Shown in pieces: positions 33,357-44,396 of a stretch of 64,000 nt of DNA; the stretch's first letter is position 1, and every line of letters starts with the position of its first letter. The position numbers and the translations under genes were made by a program. The notes below the pieces were generated by a model. The model saw only the letters and a list, made by a program, of their open reading frames with translations, was not told where the DNA came from and ran no database searches. The stretch comes from an uncultured Nitrososphaeraceae archaeon (GTDB taxonomy: Archaea; Thermoproteota; Nitrososphaeria; Nitrososphaerales; Nitrososphaeraceae), in contig CAWIMJ010000016.1 of the NCBI GenBank assembly GCA_963837175.1, forward strand, positions 96,001 to 160,000. The letters are read 5' to 3'.

Positions 33357-35073
33357 TAATATTTTCTCTCCACAGGGGCATAACGTGTAAAAGTTACTGG
33401 ATGCCACGCCATCTTTGGACCGTCAGATGCAAAATAAGCAAGAGTATGCTTCAGAAAATTGACATCATCACGCTTTGAATAGTCTGTTCTGGCATGTGCA
33501 CCTCTTGATTCTCGACGGTTTAAAGCTCCAATAAACACAACTTCTGCAGTCCTCAGCATTGAATCTAGCTCCATGACATTTATAAAATTAGTATTATACT
33601 CTTTTGCCTGATCATCTGTATGCTTCCAGGCTAATGTTTTTAATTCTTTTACCTTCTTCAAACCTTCAGCAAGATCTTGTTCTTTTCTAAATACATATGC
33701 TTTAGCATCCATGGTATCAGTCAATTCCTTTCTTATTTCATATGGATTAACTCCGCCGCGCCCTCTAAATATTTCGTCGTAAATTCTCTTTTCTTCTTCG
33801 ATGACATCCTGTTCTGAAATAGATGATGAAGAGCCCTTTGATTTTAATGCATATTGGGCTGCTAATTCTCCGGTTATTCTACCCCATACAAGACATTCAG
33901 AAGTAGAGTTTGCACCAAGACGATTGGCGCCATGTGTACTGTTACATGCAGCCTCTCCAGCAGACCATAGCCCGTTCATTTCAGTAGCACCATCTATGTT
34001 TGAATTAATTCCGCCCATCATATAGTGACATACGGGTCTAATTTCTATTGGCTCATCAATAATATCTACTCCTGAAAATTTGATGCCTATTTCTCTTATT
34101 CCCGCAAGACGCTCCTTTATCTTCTCTGCTCCCAGATGAGTCAAATCAAGTTTCAAACAGTCTGCACCTGATTCGTGTTTAAATCCTCCTCCTACCTGAA
34201 TTTCCCTAATCATAGAGCGTGATACTACATCTCTTGGAGCCAGTTCGAGTTTCTCTGGCGCATATTTTTTCATAAACCTTTCTCCTTGATTATTTATAAG
34301 ATAGCCGCCTTCTCCTCGTGCACCTTCCGTAATTAATATTCCCGATGGCAGGATACCTGTAGGATGAAACTGTACAAACTCCATGTCTTTTAAAGCAAGA
34401 CCTGCACGATATGCCATGTCTAGACCATCAGGCGTTGAAGAATAAGCATAAGTAGAAAAGCTATAAATTCTTCCAGCACCGCCCGTACATATTATTCCTG
34501 CAAGAGATTTAAATTTTATAAAGCTACCTGTCTTGATTTCAATAGCTGTCAGACCTCTAAAATTATTTCCTTCCCTTAATATTTTGGTACAGAACCATTC
34601 GTTATAGAAGTGAATATTATCATATTTGAGACATGTATCATATAGTGTCTGCATCTCATAAAACCCTACTTTATCCTGCGCGTATGTGGCCCTTGGAAAT
34701 GAGTAACCACCAAACTTACGCTGACCTATCCGGCCATCCATCCTCCTTGACCAGGGCATTCCCCAATGATCTAGCTGATAGATTTCATAGGGCATATTTG
34801 ACACCAGTCTTTCTGCTACATCCTGATCTGCAAGGAAGTCGCTACCTTTGATAGTATCATAGAGGTGGGATTCTTGATTATCGCCTTCCTCCTCAAAGAG
34901 AACGGCTCGCCGTTCCACCTTCAGCAGAAACAGAATGAGACCTCATCACCTGCACCTTCGAAATCACCGCAACGCTCAGCTTTTTATCTATGGCAGCAGA
35001 TGAAGATAGCAGCTCGAAGTCCAGCTAGACCTGATCCTACAATAACAACATCATGGGAAATAGTATCCGTCAA
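33356..35073 (-). CDS. sdhA: Succinate dehydrogenase flavoprotein (two +1 indels in the 5' region)
   Basis: TTG start; DVVIVGSGLAGLRAA, RSHSVSAEGG (FAD His), QFHPTG, HYMMGG, HGANRLG, ESRGAH. Confidence 0.95.
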
Positions 35074-35837
35074 TTATTAACATCGGCCTCGTACGATATG
35101 AATTGCGTTAAATTATTATAATGTATATATTTTAGCATCTTTACCATGATTTAACAATACTAAGATCTATGCATTATTTATTATAAACTAAGAAACGCCC
35201 CGTCTAATCATCAAGTAAATCGAGAAAACCTAATATCTGAGCTTTGGAAAGAAGTTGAATATTTACAATATCTCATCGGAACGAATAATATTGTTATTAT
35301 TATACTCGCTCACTCAAAAAGAAAAATTCATTGCTTTCTTATTATAATGTTTCTGGCATTAGTAATAATAGCAATTATTTTTTTATTGGCTGCATTAATT
35401 TAAGTTAAAAGCTATAATAGTTGTAGATGCTCTATTCTTTAGGTTCTATTGACATCTATGATAAGAACAAATAGAACATTCGCAAAAGATGTAGCTTTAG
35501 ATTATTATAGTTGTCTAATCTGAGTCTCTTTTAGAGAATATAGTAAAGGCATTATCCAGATTTATAAAATGGAGTCATTGTCTCTTCTGTTTGTGTATGG
35601 AGATGGATTCATCAGCATTATAAAACAAAAAGATCTGCTTAAAAGAGAGGAAGGATACTCACTGCTTTATATAGCTAGAACTGAATGTGTATTGATAATG
35701 ATTACTTTTCATGTATAACAAAAATAAATGTAAATTAAAGCAATTATTATAAGCTGCCTAGTCAATCTGTTTGTTGATAATTACAATAATAAGGTAATAG
35801 TAAGCTTACAAACTAGGTTCTTTAACATGTTTTAGTA

Positions 35838-36116
35838 TTGTACAATAATAATAAAGATATGCCCATAGAATATAAAGGTAAGGTATTTCTAGCACCCAAT
35901 ACCTCTGATGAAGAAGTAGTTAATAAGGCCAAGAAAAAATTAGTTGAAAACGGTATCAAGGAGGAACATATTCAAATAAACTACAATACACAAGATCTAG
36001 AAATTGGTGATCTATACATAAGTTATGAACCGCCAGATCTAGTAATTAGAAATGTTTATGATAAAAAGAGGAGCGGAATTATTAAAATGAAGAGCACACG
36101 AATGATAAAGATCTAG
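35838..36116 (+). CDS. Hypothetical protein
   Basis: 92 aa ORF (ATG at 35859 is likely the start), convergent with hisS. Confidence 0.7.
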   Translation: MYNNNKDMPIEYKGKVFLAPNTSDEEVVNKAKKKLVENGIKEEHIQINYNTQDLEIGDLYISYEPPDLVIRNVYDKKRSGIIKMKSTRMIKI

Positions 36117-37390
36117 TATAAAATATTATACAAACTTTTTGCTAAATCATTCACTTTTTGTTTGCTCTCAGTGCCATCACTCATTGACCTCACTGTTACC
36201 TCTCCTTTCTCAATTTCTTCAGGTGCGACTATCACCGTTAGAACCGCATTTTTTGATGCTGCATCGTCAAGTTGTTTTCTAAGTGCTCTTTCATTAAGGT
36301 TATAGTCCGTGCTAATTCCGCCGTTTCGCAAAATTGAAACTATGTCTAATGCAGAAGCCCTCATAATGCTTGATGTATATGCAACGTAAACCATTTGTTT
36401 GGCCATACTTTTTAGAATTCCGTGTTTTTTAAGTGCTGTCATTATCCTTTCCACTCCTCCCGCTGCACCAATTGCACCAATATCTTGTCTGCCAAATGCA
36501 TGAGTTAATCTATCGTATCTGCCTCCGCCTACGAGCGCACCTAATTCAATAAAATGATCAAATGCTTCGAAAACTACTCCTGAATAATAGTCGAGCCCTC
36601 TTACAATTCCGAGGTTAACTCTGGCATTATTAACCCTCCTAGATTTTAATGAGTCCATTAATGTTATGAGTCTATTCCAATTTTCTAATCCCTTAAGATC
36701 TGCTTTTGAATAAACTTCATTGATAGTACCTTTTATACTTGAGAGATCAATTAGCTGCTGAAGTTTAGATAAACTAATTTTGTCGTTATATTCCTCATAC
36801 AATTCCGATACACTCTTCTTTGCAACCTTGTCAACTGCTCTCAACATATCAGCGATTGTTTGTCCTTCTATAACGCCAAGTTTCTGTCGAATGTATTCCT
36901 CAATTAATTGTCTATCATTGACTTCGACCATAACATTTAGCCCAAGTTTTTTTAAAAATACTGAGACAAACTCGATTACTTCTACATCAGACTCTATGCT
37001 GCATGAGCCATAAATCTCAATGTCCCATTGATGGAAATACCGATAGCGTCCGGCTTGTGGTTCGTCATATCTCCATACATCAGAAAATGACGCTAGTTTG
37101 ACCGGCATTTTCAAATCCCTCCTTGTTGCCACGAATCGAGTAAGACCAATTGTAAGATCAAATCTTAATGCAATGTTTCTACGTCCCTTGTCTGCAAAAC
37201 TATAGATTTCGTTTGATATAGATGCTCCGGCCTTCGCCTCAAGCGTGGCAAGCATCTCCAGAGGCGATGGCTCCATAAGCTTGAAGTTAAAGAGATTTGT
37301 GGTTTCTATGAATTTTTCTTTAATATAATTAATGTAATGAAGCTCCTCTGGTTCTATATCTCTCATTCCACGGGGAAGTTCTAATTTCAT
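36113..37390 (-). CDS. hisS: Histidyl-tRNA synthetase
   Basis: PRGMRD, LRFDLT, RYDEPQAGRYRYFHQ, RGLDYY, GGGRYD. Confidence 0.98.
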   Translation of the reverse strand: MKLELPRGMRDIEPEELHYINYIKEKFIETTNLFNFKLMEPSPLEMLATLEAKAGASISNEIYSFADKGRRNIALRFDLTIGLTRFVATRRDLKMPVKLASFSDVWRYDEPQAGRYRYFHQWDIEIYGSCSIESDVEVIEFVSVFLKKLGLNVMVEVNDRQLIEEYIRQKLGVIEGQTIADMLRAVDKVAKKSVSELYEEYNDKISLSKLQQLIDLSSIKGTINEVYSKADLKGLENWNRLITLMDSLKSRRVNNARVNLGIVRGLDYYSGVVFEAFDHFIELGALVGGGRYDRLTHAFGRQDIGAIGAAGGVERIMTALKKHGILKSMAKQMVYVAYTSSIMRASALDIVSILRNGGISTDYNLNERALRKQLDDAASKNAVLTVIVAPEEIEKGEVTVRSMSDGTESKQKVNDLAKSLYNILY

Positions 37391-37464
37391 AATGGAACGC
37401 AGTATTTTGTTGACATTTAGATTTTGCGATCAATTCTAATAAAACCTAGATTCCTACCAACACA

Positions 37465-37893
37465 GTGACAACAAGGTTTCGATATCTTGATCATGTAACA
37501 GATGCTATCATTGAGGCTTATGGGAGTTCTCTAGATGAAGCATTTGAAAATTCTGCCAAGGGACTTGTCAATACAATGATTGATCTAGAACAAATTACTC
37601 CTGACCAAGAATATGAAATTGTAGCCAAAGGATATGATGTCAAAAGTTTACTTTATGATTGGCTAGAGAAAGTAATGCTAGGACTATTAATTGATAATAT
37701 GGCGTTATCAGATTTCAAAGTTAAAATCTCTGAAAATAATGGCAATTATTTTCTTAAAGGGATTGCTAAGGGAGAAGTTTTAGATTTAAAAAAACACCAC
37801 TATAAGATGGAAATCAAGGCTGTAACCTATCATGAAATGGAAATTAAGCAAACAGAAGATTTAATTACGACTAGATTCTTGTTAGATCTATAA
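37465..37893 (+). CDS. Archease (RtcB cofactor)
   Basis: YLDHVTDAIIEAYG, EIKAVTYHEM, C-terminal LDL. Confidence 0.95.
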   Translation: MTTRFRYLDHVTDAIIEAYGSSLDEAFENSAKGLVNTMIDLEQITPDQEYEIVAKGYDVKSLLYDWLEKVMLGLLIDNMALSDFKVKISENNGNYFLKGIAKGEVLDLKKHHYKMEIKAVTYHEMEIKQTEDLITTRFLLDL

Positions 37894-38075
37894 TTTAACA
37901 GTTTACATCGTTAATTTGAACTTTATCTCTTATTATGCGAAAATAAGGCTGAAAATAGGAAAGTGTACAATATCATTATATAAGAATCATATTGATATCG
38001 TTTGTAGAAAATGGACATTTCAAACATAGATTAACAAATCTTAAATATCAAAAACATCATCTAATTCTTAGAAAC

Positions 38076-38438
38076 ATGAATGTCGAAAAAAAAGCTTCTA
38101 ATCCGCATGCTAGTAGTAACCAAGCTTTAGTGGAGATTTCTGAAAAAAACTTTGATGAAATAATAGGTGGAAACAAGCCAGTCTTAGTAGATTTTTGGGC
38201 GACTTGGTGTGGACCATGCCAATTTATGCTTCCTATTTTTGACAAATTAGCAAAAAAATATGGAGATAAGGTATCATTTGGAAGACTTAATGTTGACGAT
38301 AATCAAGGAGTAGCAATGAGATTTGATGTGTATGCTATTCCGACATTTATCATCTTCATGAATGGCAAGGCCATTGACAGAGCTGTAGGTGCTGTAGGAG
38401 AAAAGGGTCTTGAAGGACTGCTTCAAAAGTATCAATAG
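38076..38438 (+). CDS. trxA: Thioredoxin
   Basis: DFWATWCGPC, AIPT. Confidence 0.95.
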   Translation: MNVEKKASNPHASSNQALVEISEKNFDEIIGGNKPVLVDFWATWCGPCQFMLPIFDKLAKKYGDKVSFGRLNVDDNQGVAMRFDVYAIPTFIIFMNGKAIDRAVGAVGEKGLEGLLQKYQ

Positions 38439-38516
38439 CAGATCCAATCCAATCATAATATATGTATCAATTTTCCTTCTACATATAGATGACCCTATAA
38501 TAAGTAATTACTATCA

Positions 38517-40301
38517 TTAGATATATCCAAATGCAGGGTCTGTTTTTCTTTTGAGTTTCAAAATCTTCTCGAAAGATTCTTTCTCCTCTTCATTTAATCG
38601 AGTGATGAATCTCTCAATCAACACTTTTGCTTGTCTGCTATTCAGATCTGTATAGAAAATATCTTCTTCGTTGATTTGCCTTCCAATAACTGGACCTTTT
38701 ATAGAAACTGCCACTTGCATTCCCTTTGTAGCTTCTTCAATTGCTTTTCCACTTTCTTGTACTTGATGAATAGTACCTACTTTTTTTCCATTTTCATTTA
38801 TAACAAAAACCTTTTGTCGTAGTTTTCCAATCAAAATCTCGGCTCCAAAAACTGCTGGGTCATTTCGCCTAAAGATAAAGCCCTTTAAGAATTTAAACTT
38901 ACAAACTGGTGGTATTTCATTAAATAGAATGGAATCTTCATGTTCTCTTTGATAAGTAACCCAGTCTGTATAACTTCGTACAAGATTGTAAATTATCCGT
39001 TCGTTGAAAATCTTTACTCCACGCTCCTGTGATTCTTTCTGAGCATCATCTAGAATCTTGACATTAAAACCCAAAACTACTCCTACATATCTATCCTTTT
39101 CCCTGACTGCCGATGCTGCAATTACATCTCGCCTTATGATGTGTCCAATATCAGCACTTTGAATTGGAATTTTTGCTTTCTTCAACAATTCCGTTATTGC
39201 TTCAATTGAACCTATTGTATCACATCTGAGGATAATCCCGTTTGAATCAGTATTTATAATTGCACTTTTAATTTCAGATTCGACCATTATCTTTAATCTA
39301 TTTTCATCCTCTTTCTTTTCAATAACATACAAAGGGCTCCCTGCGAGGACACCATCCAAATCAGGTGAGGTGATTTTTAGACCAGCTGCAGAGATAACTT
39401 CACTAACAGGTTTAAATTTATCTCGCGGATCTCGCATCTCATCAAGTGGCTTTGGTAGCAATAATGCCTTGATTCTCGTGACAATAGCACTATCTCTTTT
39501 TGCTACTGTAATATAGTCACCCTGTTTTAAAATGCCGTCTAATAGTATAACGTTAGCAGACGGTCCCAAACCTACCTCTTCATTAATTTCAAGTACAATT
39601 CCTCTTGCCGCTCCATCGCGACGTTCTAATTTCTTTGTCATATACTGCTGCGTCAGGCCTACCATTACCGCAAGTAGCTCAGGTATTCCCACTCCGGATG
39701 TAGCGCTAACAGGAACTATTGCTAACTCTTTTGTAAAATCTTTGACACGCCAAAATGCTTCAGAACTATATCCTAATCTTGAAAGTGAGCCTACTACATT
39801 ATATATTTTTTCATCTAGGCTTGTTTGAATACTGACATCTTGTTTCTTAATTTGATCGCTGATAAAAGGCGTGTTTCCCTTTCTCCAACCTGTAACCATA
39901 TCAATTTTGTTCAGTGCAATAACAAATGGAACTTTTCTTTTCCTAAGGATCTCTATGCTTTCGTTTGTTTGAGCCTCAAATCCTTTATTTACATCGACAA
40001 CTACAATCGCTATATCAGCGGCAGAACCACCTCGTATTCTTAAATTGGCAAAAACTTCATGACCAGGTGTATCAATAACAAGCAATCCCGGAATTTGAGT
40101 TTCAGATTTAGAAAGTTTTTCATAAAGAGGCCCCGTAATATCCTTAATTGTTTCAATAGGAAAAAAGCTTGCCCCTATATGCTGAGTAATGCCTCCTACT
40201 TCACGCGATTGAACTGCCGTGCCTCGTATCTTATCGAGTAAAGAAGTTTTGCCGGAGTCTACATGACCTAATACTACCACCACAGGTTGCCGGAGTTTCA
40301 C
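38517..40301 (-). CDS. infB: Translation initiation factor aIF5B (IF-2)
   Basis: GHVDSGKT, GITQHIGA, DTPGHE, NKID; no intein. Confidence 0.98.
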   Translation of the reverse strand: MKLRQPVVVVLGHVDSGKTSLLDKIRGTAVQSREVGGITQHIGASFFPIETIKDITGPLYEKLSKSETQIPGLLVIDTPGHEVFANLRIRGGSAADIAIVVVDVNKGFEAQTNESIEILRKRKVPFVIALNKIDMVTGWRKGNTPFISDQIKKQDVSIQTSLDEKIYNVVGSLSRLGYSSEAFWRVKDFTKELAIVPVSATSGVGIPELLAVMVGLTQQYMTKKLERRDGAARGIVLEINEEVGLGPSANVILLDGILKQGDYITVAKRDSAIVTRIKALLLPKPLDEMRDPRDKFKPVSEVISAAGLKITSPDLDGVLAGSPLYVIEKKEDENRLKIMVESEIKSAIINTDSNGIILRCDTIGSIEAITELLKKAKIPIQSADIGHIIRRDVIAASAVREKDRYVGVVLGFNVKILDDAQKESQERGVKIFNERIIYNLVRSYTDWVTYQREHEDSILFNEIPPVCKFKFLKGFIFRRNDPAVFGAEILIGKLRQKVFVINENGKKVGTIHQVQESGKAIEEATKGMQVAVSIKGPVIGRQINEEDIFYTDLNSRQAKVLIERFITRLNEEEKESFEKILKLKRKTDPAFGYI

Positions 40302-40709
40302 TTAACTATTAAAAATGACCCGCGACTCTTTTATGAAGCTTTCAGATGAATCTGAGGCATGAACAATATTATCTGTAAATCCGAGCCCGAAATCTCCTCT
40401 AAGAGTTCCAGGATTTGCCTCAAATGATTTTGTTGCTCCTATCATCATACGCACTGTGTTAACAGCATTATTGCCTTCAAGGATGCATGCTACTACCATT
40501 CCCGAAGAAATGAACGATACCAGCTCATTAAAAAAATCTTTTTCACTATGAACTGAATAGAATTCTTCGGCCTTGTCTTTTGTAAAATTGTATGACTTTA
40601 AGTTTTTAATTTCGAATCCCTTTTCTTCAAATCTGGCAAGAATTTTTCCTGTTAATCGTCTTTTAACTGCATCAGGCTTTACAACAAGAAGAGTCTGTTC
40701 TGAGACCAT
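40302..40709 (-). CDS. ndk: Nucleoside diphosphate kinase
   Basis: VKPDAV, PGTLRGDF, NIVHASDS. Confidence 0.97.
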   Translation of the reverse strand: MVSEQTLLVVKPDAVKRRLTGKILARFEEKGFEIKNLKSYNFTKDKAEEFYSVHSEKDFFNELVSFISSGMVVACILEGNNAVNTVRMMIGATKSFEANPGTLRGDFGLGFTDNIVHASDSSESFIKESRVIFNS

Positions 40710-40713
40710 AATG

Positions 40714-40926
40714 TTATTTCTTCACTCTAATGCCACCCTTCACGTATTTAGTGGTCCATTTTAACTTTCTCGGATCCCGCTTTAATTTGCGGAGATTCTT
40801 TTTACATTTATCCGAACAAGTCCATTGAATTGAGCCATCATTTTTTACTAGCATAGTTCCCTTGCCTGCTGATATATGTTTTCCACAGAAGAAGCAGTTA
40901 CGAAGGGATGTTGCTGTTTTACTCAT
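40714..40926 (-). CDS. rpl24e: 50S ribosomal protein L24e
   Basis: CFFCG..GKGTMLVKNDG..CSDKC..PRKLKWT. Confidence 0.96.
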   Translation of the reverse strand: MSKTATSLRNCFFCGKHISAGKGTMLVKNDGSIQWTCSDKCKKNLRKLKRDPRKLKWTTKYVKGGIRVKK

Positions 40927-40959
40927 TTCTCATACACACACTATCCTATTATAATTCGC

Positions 40960-41175
40960 TTATTTTATTTTACGTGCTTCTCGCTCGGTCTCTCTAAGCA
41001 TCAAGATATCATTCATTCTAATTGAACCTTTGACATTTCTGGTTAGGATACGACCTTTATCTTTTCCTTCCAAGACTTTTACTCTAACCTGGATTACCTC
41101 ACCTGCGATTCCTGTCCTGCCAACGATCTGAATAACTTCTGCAGGAATAACTTTTTCTTCTATATTCTTGCTCAT
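40960..41175 (-). CDS. rps28e: 30S ribosomal protein S28e
   Basis: [29 protein letters not shown]. Confidence 0.97.
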   Translation of the reverse strand: MSKNIEEKVIPAEVIQIVGRTGIAGEVIQVRVKVLEGKDKGRILTRNVKGSIRMNDILMLRETEREARKIK

Positions 41176-41197
41176 CTACCCCAGACACCTACCATCA

Positions 41198-41576
41198 TCA
41201 TTTTTTGCCTTTCATATTGGCAATCGAATTGACAACTTGCTCAACGATATGCTGCGCCTCACCAGCGTCCAAAATGGTAGCTGGCAGCACTGCCAACATC
41301 TATTCCAAGAGAAGCACCCAATTGTTGTTTGCTTGGCACAAAAATATATGGTATGTTTCTTTCTTCACAGAGAATAGGCAGATGTGCAACTACTTCTGGT
41401 GGTTCTACATCTTCAGCTATAACAGTCAGTCGACTTGTACCACGTTCTATTGATTTTGTAGTTTCATTGGTGCCTTTTCTTACTTTACCACTCTGTTTTG
41501 CTAAGCGAACAGCTTCATAAACTGCATTTACTAAATCTTTAGGAGTTTCAAATTTTACATAATATGGTTTACTCAT
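41198..41576 (-). CDS. rpl7ae: Ribosomal protein L7Ae (+1 indel near 41284)
   Basis: [27 protein letters not shown]; the corrected C-terminus is [31 protein letters not shown]. Confidence 0.96.
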
Positions 41577-41580
41577 ATCT

Positions 41581-41613
41581 AATTCTATCACCCATCGGGA
41601 TCATCTTGATTCC
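41581..41613 (-). promoter_or_regulatory. Putative kink-turn in the rpl7ae 5' UTR overlapping the SD-like GGGUGA
   Basis: mRNA GGAAUCAA-GAU-GAUCCC-GAU-GGGUGA-UAGAAUU: tandem GA/AG pairs, U-U, CCC/GGG helix. Confidence 0.65.
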
Positions 41614-41660
41614 GCTGTAAGGGAAGAGGAAGCGTATTAAAAATGTTGTCCATTTGCATT

Positions 41661-43046
41661 CTACTGTATCGTCGATATTTTACTTTCAATTAATCTGCGG
41701 TATTCTCCGACCTTTGAATTTAGCAATGAACTATCTACAGATTCAGCGTACATCCTAACGAGTGGCTCTGTCCCACTGGGTCTAACCATAATCCACGTTT
41801 CCTCGTCTATCCAAATTTTGGCCCCGTCAAGGGTTTCAATTTTTTTTGGACTTCCATGCTCTAAACACATAGTCACGATGGTATTAGCAATCTGCTTCGT
41901 AGGACATCTGAACTTAGTTTTATATTGAAATATTTTTGGTAATGAAGAAATCATGTGTGACAATGTTTGTTCTTCTTTAGTCGATAATGATAACATCTCC
42001 AACACTAAGGCAGTAGTCATTGCGCCATCCCTAACTTCATTTAATTTTCCATACATAAACCCGCCATTATCTTCTAGGCCGATGAATGATTTGCGCCTTA
42101 GCATCTCTCTTGATACTTCAACGCTTCCAACTTTTGTGTGAATTACCTTTGAATCAACTTCGTTTGCCACTAGAGAAACTGCCATCGTAGTATTGATAGG
42201 ACATACAACTTCTGCGCCTCTATGTTTTGTTTTTAGGAGATATCTTACTATTGCTGCTCCGACCGTATCTCCCCAATGTACTTTTCCTTTCTCATCGCAA
42301 AACAAGCTCCGATCTCCATCTCCATCATATGCTACTCCAAAATCAGCCTCTAAATCCTTCACCATATTAGAAAGCATTTTAAGGTTTTCAGGAGTAGGCT
42401 CTGAACCGCGTCCTGGAAAATCACCATCGATATTGCCGTTTATAGTAATTACTTTACATCCTAATTTATTTAACAAGATTGGAGCTACACGTGCTTGGGC
42501 ACCATTTCCGAGGTCCATAACAACTGTAAACCTTCTTTGCCGGATCTTTTCAACATTTATGAGCGAGAGGACTGCCTCTATATAAGAATCCATTATGGTC
42601 TCAATGTTAAAATTCCGACCATGACTATCAACTTTGGAAAATTTTTTGGAGTAGTATATATCTTCAATTTTTAACTCATCTTCTCTAGAAATCTCTACTC
42701 CGTCATTAGCAGTAGGCTTTATTCCATTATATTCAGGTGGATTATGCGAAGCCGTGATCATAATACCGCCATTGTAGCCAGCTCGTTTTGTAGCATATTG
42801 AAGACAAGGCGTAGGTACCAATCCAGCATTACCTACGTCTATTCCTGCAGAATTGATCACCGAAGAGACTATTTTTGATAAGAGTGGACTTGACTTTCTT
42901 CCGTCATATCCTATAATAATCGGTCCTTTTTCAAAGTATGTCGCAAGTGAATACGTTAGATCAACAACTAAATCGAGTGTAAGTTCTTTTCCAAAAACAC
43001 CTCTAACGCCATTAGTTCCAAAAAGTCTCGGATTATTTTTTTGCAT
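41661..43046 (-). CDS. glmM: Phosphoglucosamine/phosphomannomutase
   Basis: LFGTNGVRG, TASHNP, DGDGDR, RPSGTEP. Confidence 0.9.
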   Translation of the reverse strand: MQKNNPRLFGTNGVRGVFGKELTLDLVVDLTYSLATYFEKGPIIIGYDGRKSSPLLSKIVSSVINSAGIDVGNAGLVPTPCLQYATKRAGYNGGIMITASHNPPEYNGIKPTANDGVEISREDELKIEDIYYSKKFSKVDSHGRNFNIETIMDSYIEAVLSLINVEKIRQRRFTVVMDLGNGAQARVAPILLNKLGCKVITINGNIDGDFPGRGSEPTPENLKMLSNMVKDLEADFGVAYDGDGDRSLFCDEKGKVHWGDTVGAAIVRYLLKTKHRGAEVVCPINTTMAVSLVANEVDSKVIHTKVGSVEVSREMLRRKSFIGLEDNGGFMYGKLNEVRDGAMTTALVLEMLSLSTKEEQTLSHMISSLPKIFQYKTKFRCPTKQIANTIVTMCLEHGSPKKIETLDGAKIWIDEETWIMVRPSGTEPLVRMYAESVDSSLLNSKVGEYRRLIESKISTIQ

Positions 43047-43121
43047 AATATATGTATTTTATACGTTAATTAAGAATAGATAAATTTGGCTATTAATTGA
43101 TGCTAAATGAGCATTGCATGT

Positions 43122-43276
43122 GCGGGGGTTGTCAAGCCTGGCCAACGGCGCAGGTCTCTTTTCCATGATGTCTATCAGAAGGAGTGCGAAGCTTAGAATG
43201 AGCCAGGACGGTACAAATAGAGGCTCCTATAACCCTGTTCCTTAGGGATTCGTGGGTTCAAATCCCACCCCCCGCA
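43122..43276 (+). tRNA. tRNA-Leu(TAG) with two introns (43155-43190 and about 43199-43232)
   Basis: Acceptor GCGGGGG/CCCCCGC, long variable arm, T arm GTGGG-TTCAAAT-CCCAC; spliced anticodon arm CAGGG-CTTAGAA-CCCTG; both inserts form BHB-type folds. Confidence 0.92.
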
Positions 43277-43356
43277 TTCTATTGATTACTAATTTCAACT
43301 ACAGAAGTAGGAAAAGTAAACTAAACACAAAGTTTTAGAGTCATACATTTTTGATA

Positions 43357-44106
43357 TTATACTTTATCATGTTTTCTAAACGCGATATAATATGCCATTG
43401 TAGCTCCAGCAATAGCAATGAGATACCAATAAGGTATCACAAAAGTACCGCCAATATCTAATGCTCCTAAATGCATAGAAGTCCAATCAGAAAATTGCAT
43501 TAATTGTTCGCCTTTTGGATCATCTTTGAGTGGCACTAACCATCTATTCACAAACCATGCAAAATCTTCTACAGTAATTGCAGTTATTAGATTTGCAATA
43601 CCAAGAAAAAATGCTTGTTTTCTTTTGCTCTTTCCAAACAATCTGAATGTCATGTCATCAAATAAAGCAGCGAAACTGATAAGGATAAAAATGAAAAGCA
43701 TCGGAAAGAGATGGTACTGATACATGTTGCCGATTATTGGTTCTGTTTCTCTACTTCGATCAAAATTAGGATCAATTACCTGTACCTTTCCATTTGACAT
43801 TTGCAGTGCAGGATCTTTGATATAATAGTATTCAAGATGAGCAAAACTAACGGCAAAAACCACGCAAATAACAGCTGTTGAAATAAATTCAATCCTTCTT
43901 GCGCCTAATTGCTGCCTAATTCGCTCCCTTGAACCAAGTAGATCATGATGATGACGACTACTTTGGTGGTGATGATGATTATTATCATCACCATTATTAC
44001 TACTGTCATCATCAATTCTTTCATCATTACTATGACGAATATTGTAGTCATCGTTATAATGTTCATCACCTGCGGGAGAAGTAGATTTTGATCTGATATT
44101 CATCAA
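43357..44106 (-). CDS. Membrane protein with an Asp/Asn/His-rich N-terminus
   Basis: About 4 TM segments, N-terminal DDNNHHHHQSSRHHHD, VEDFAWF motif. Confidence 0.75.
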   Translation of the reverse strand: MMNIRSKSTSPAGDEHYNDDYNIRHSNDERIDDDSSNNGDDNNHHHHQSSRHHHDLLGSRERIRQQLGARRIEFISTAVICVVFAVSFAHLEYYYIKDPALQMSNGKVQVIDPNFDRSRETEPIIGNMYQYHLFPMLFIFILISFAALFDDMTFRLFGKSKRKQAFFLGIANLITAITVEDFAWFVNRWLVPLKDDPKGEQLMQFSDWTSMHLGALDIGGTFVIPYWYLIAIAGATMAYYIAFRKHDKV

Positions 44107-44396
44107 ACAGAATGACGAACTTATATCAGTTTACATTAGCATGACCTTTGATCTAGATAATAATATCATCGAATCCTTTCATAAGATAAAGGAGAAATAA
44201 TGAGTAAAAATTTTTCTTTCTAGAAACTATTACATATTTTAGACAACAGAAGATGTTCAAAAAGTAGCAGATTCTCTTTGAAAGAAGAAGCGGATATGGA
44301 TAAAGTTTATTGGAAATAAATTTTGAGTAAAGTCGCCATCGCACTATTGATGTTAACTAAACCTTTTTTTATATTACCAAAGATATGTAGAATATT

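Noticed and set aside
31662-35073. sdhA/sdhB (also rpl7ae and alba) as pseudogenes or programmed frameshifts
   Set aside because: Conserved genes with intact motifs and no in-frame stops once a base is removed; no shared slippery site; sequencing error is simpler.
15036-42585. Many 60-155 aa ORFs antisense to housekeeping genes
   Set aside because: Shadow ORFs fully overlapping well-supported genes, with no motifs of their own.
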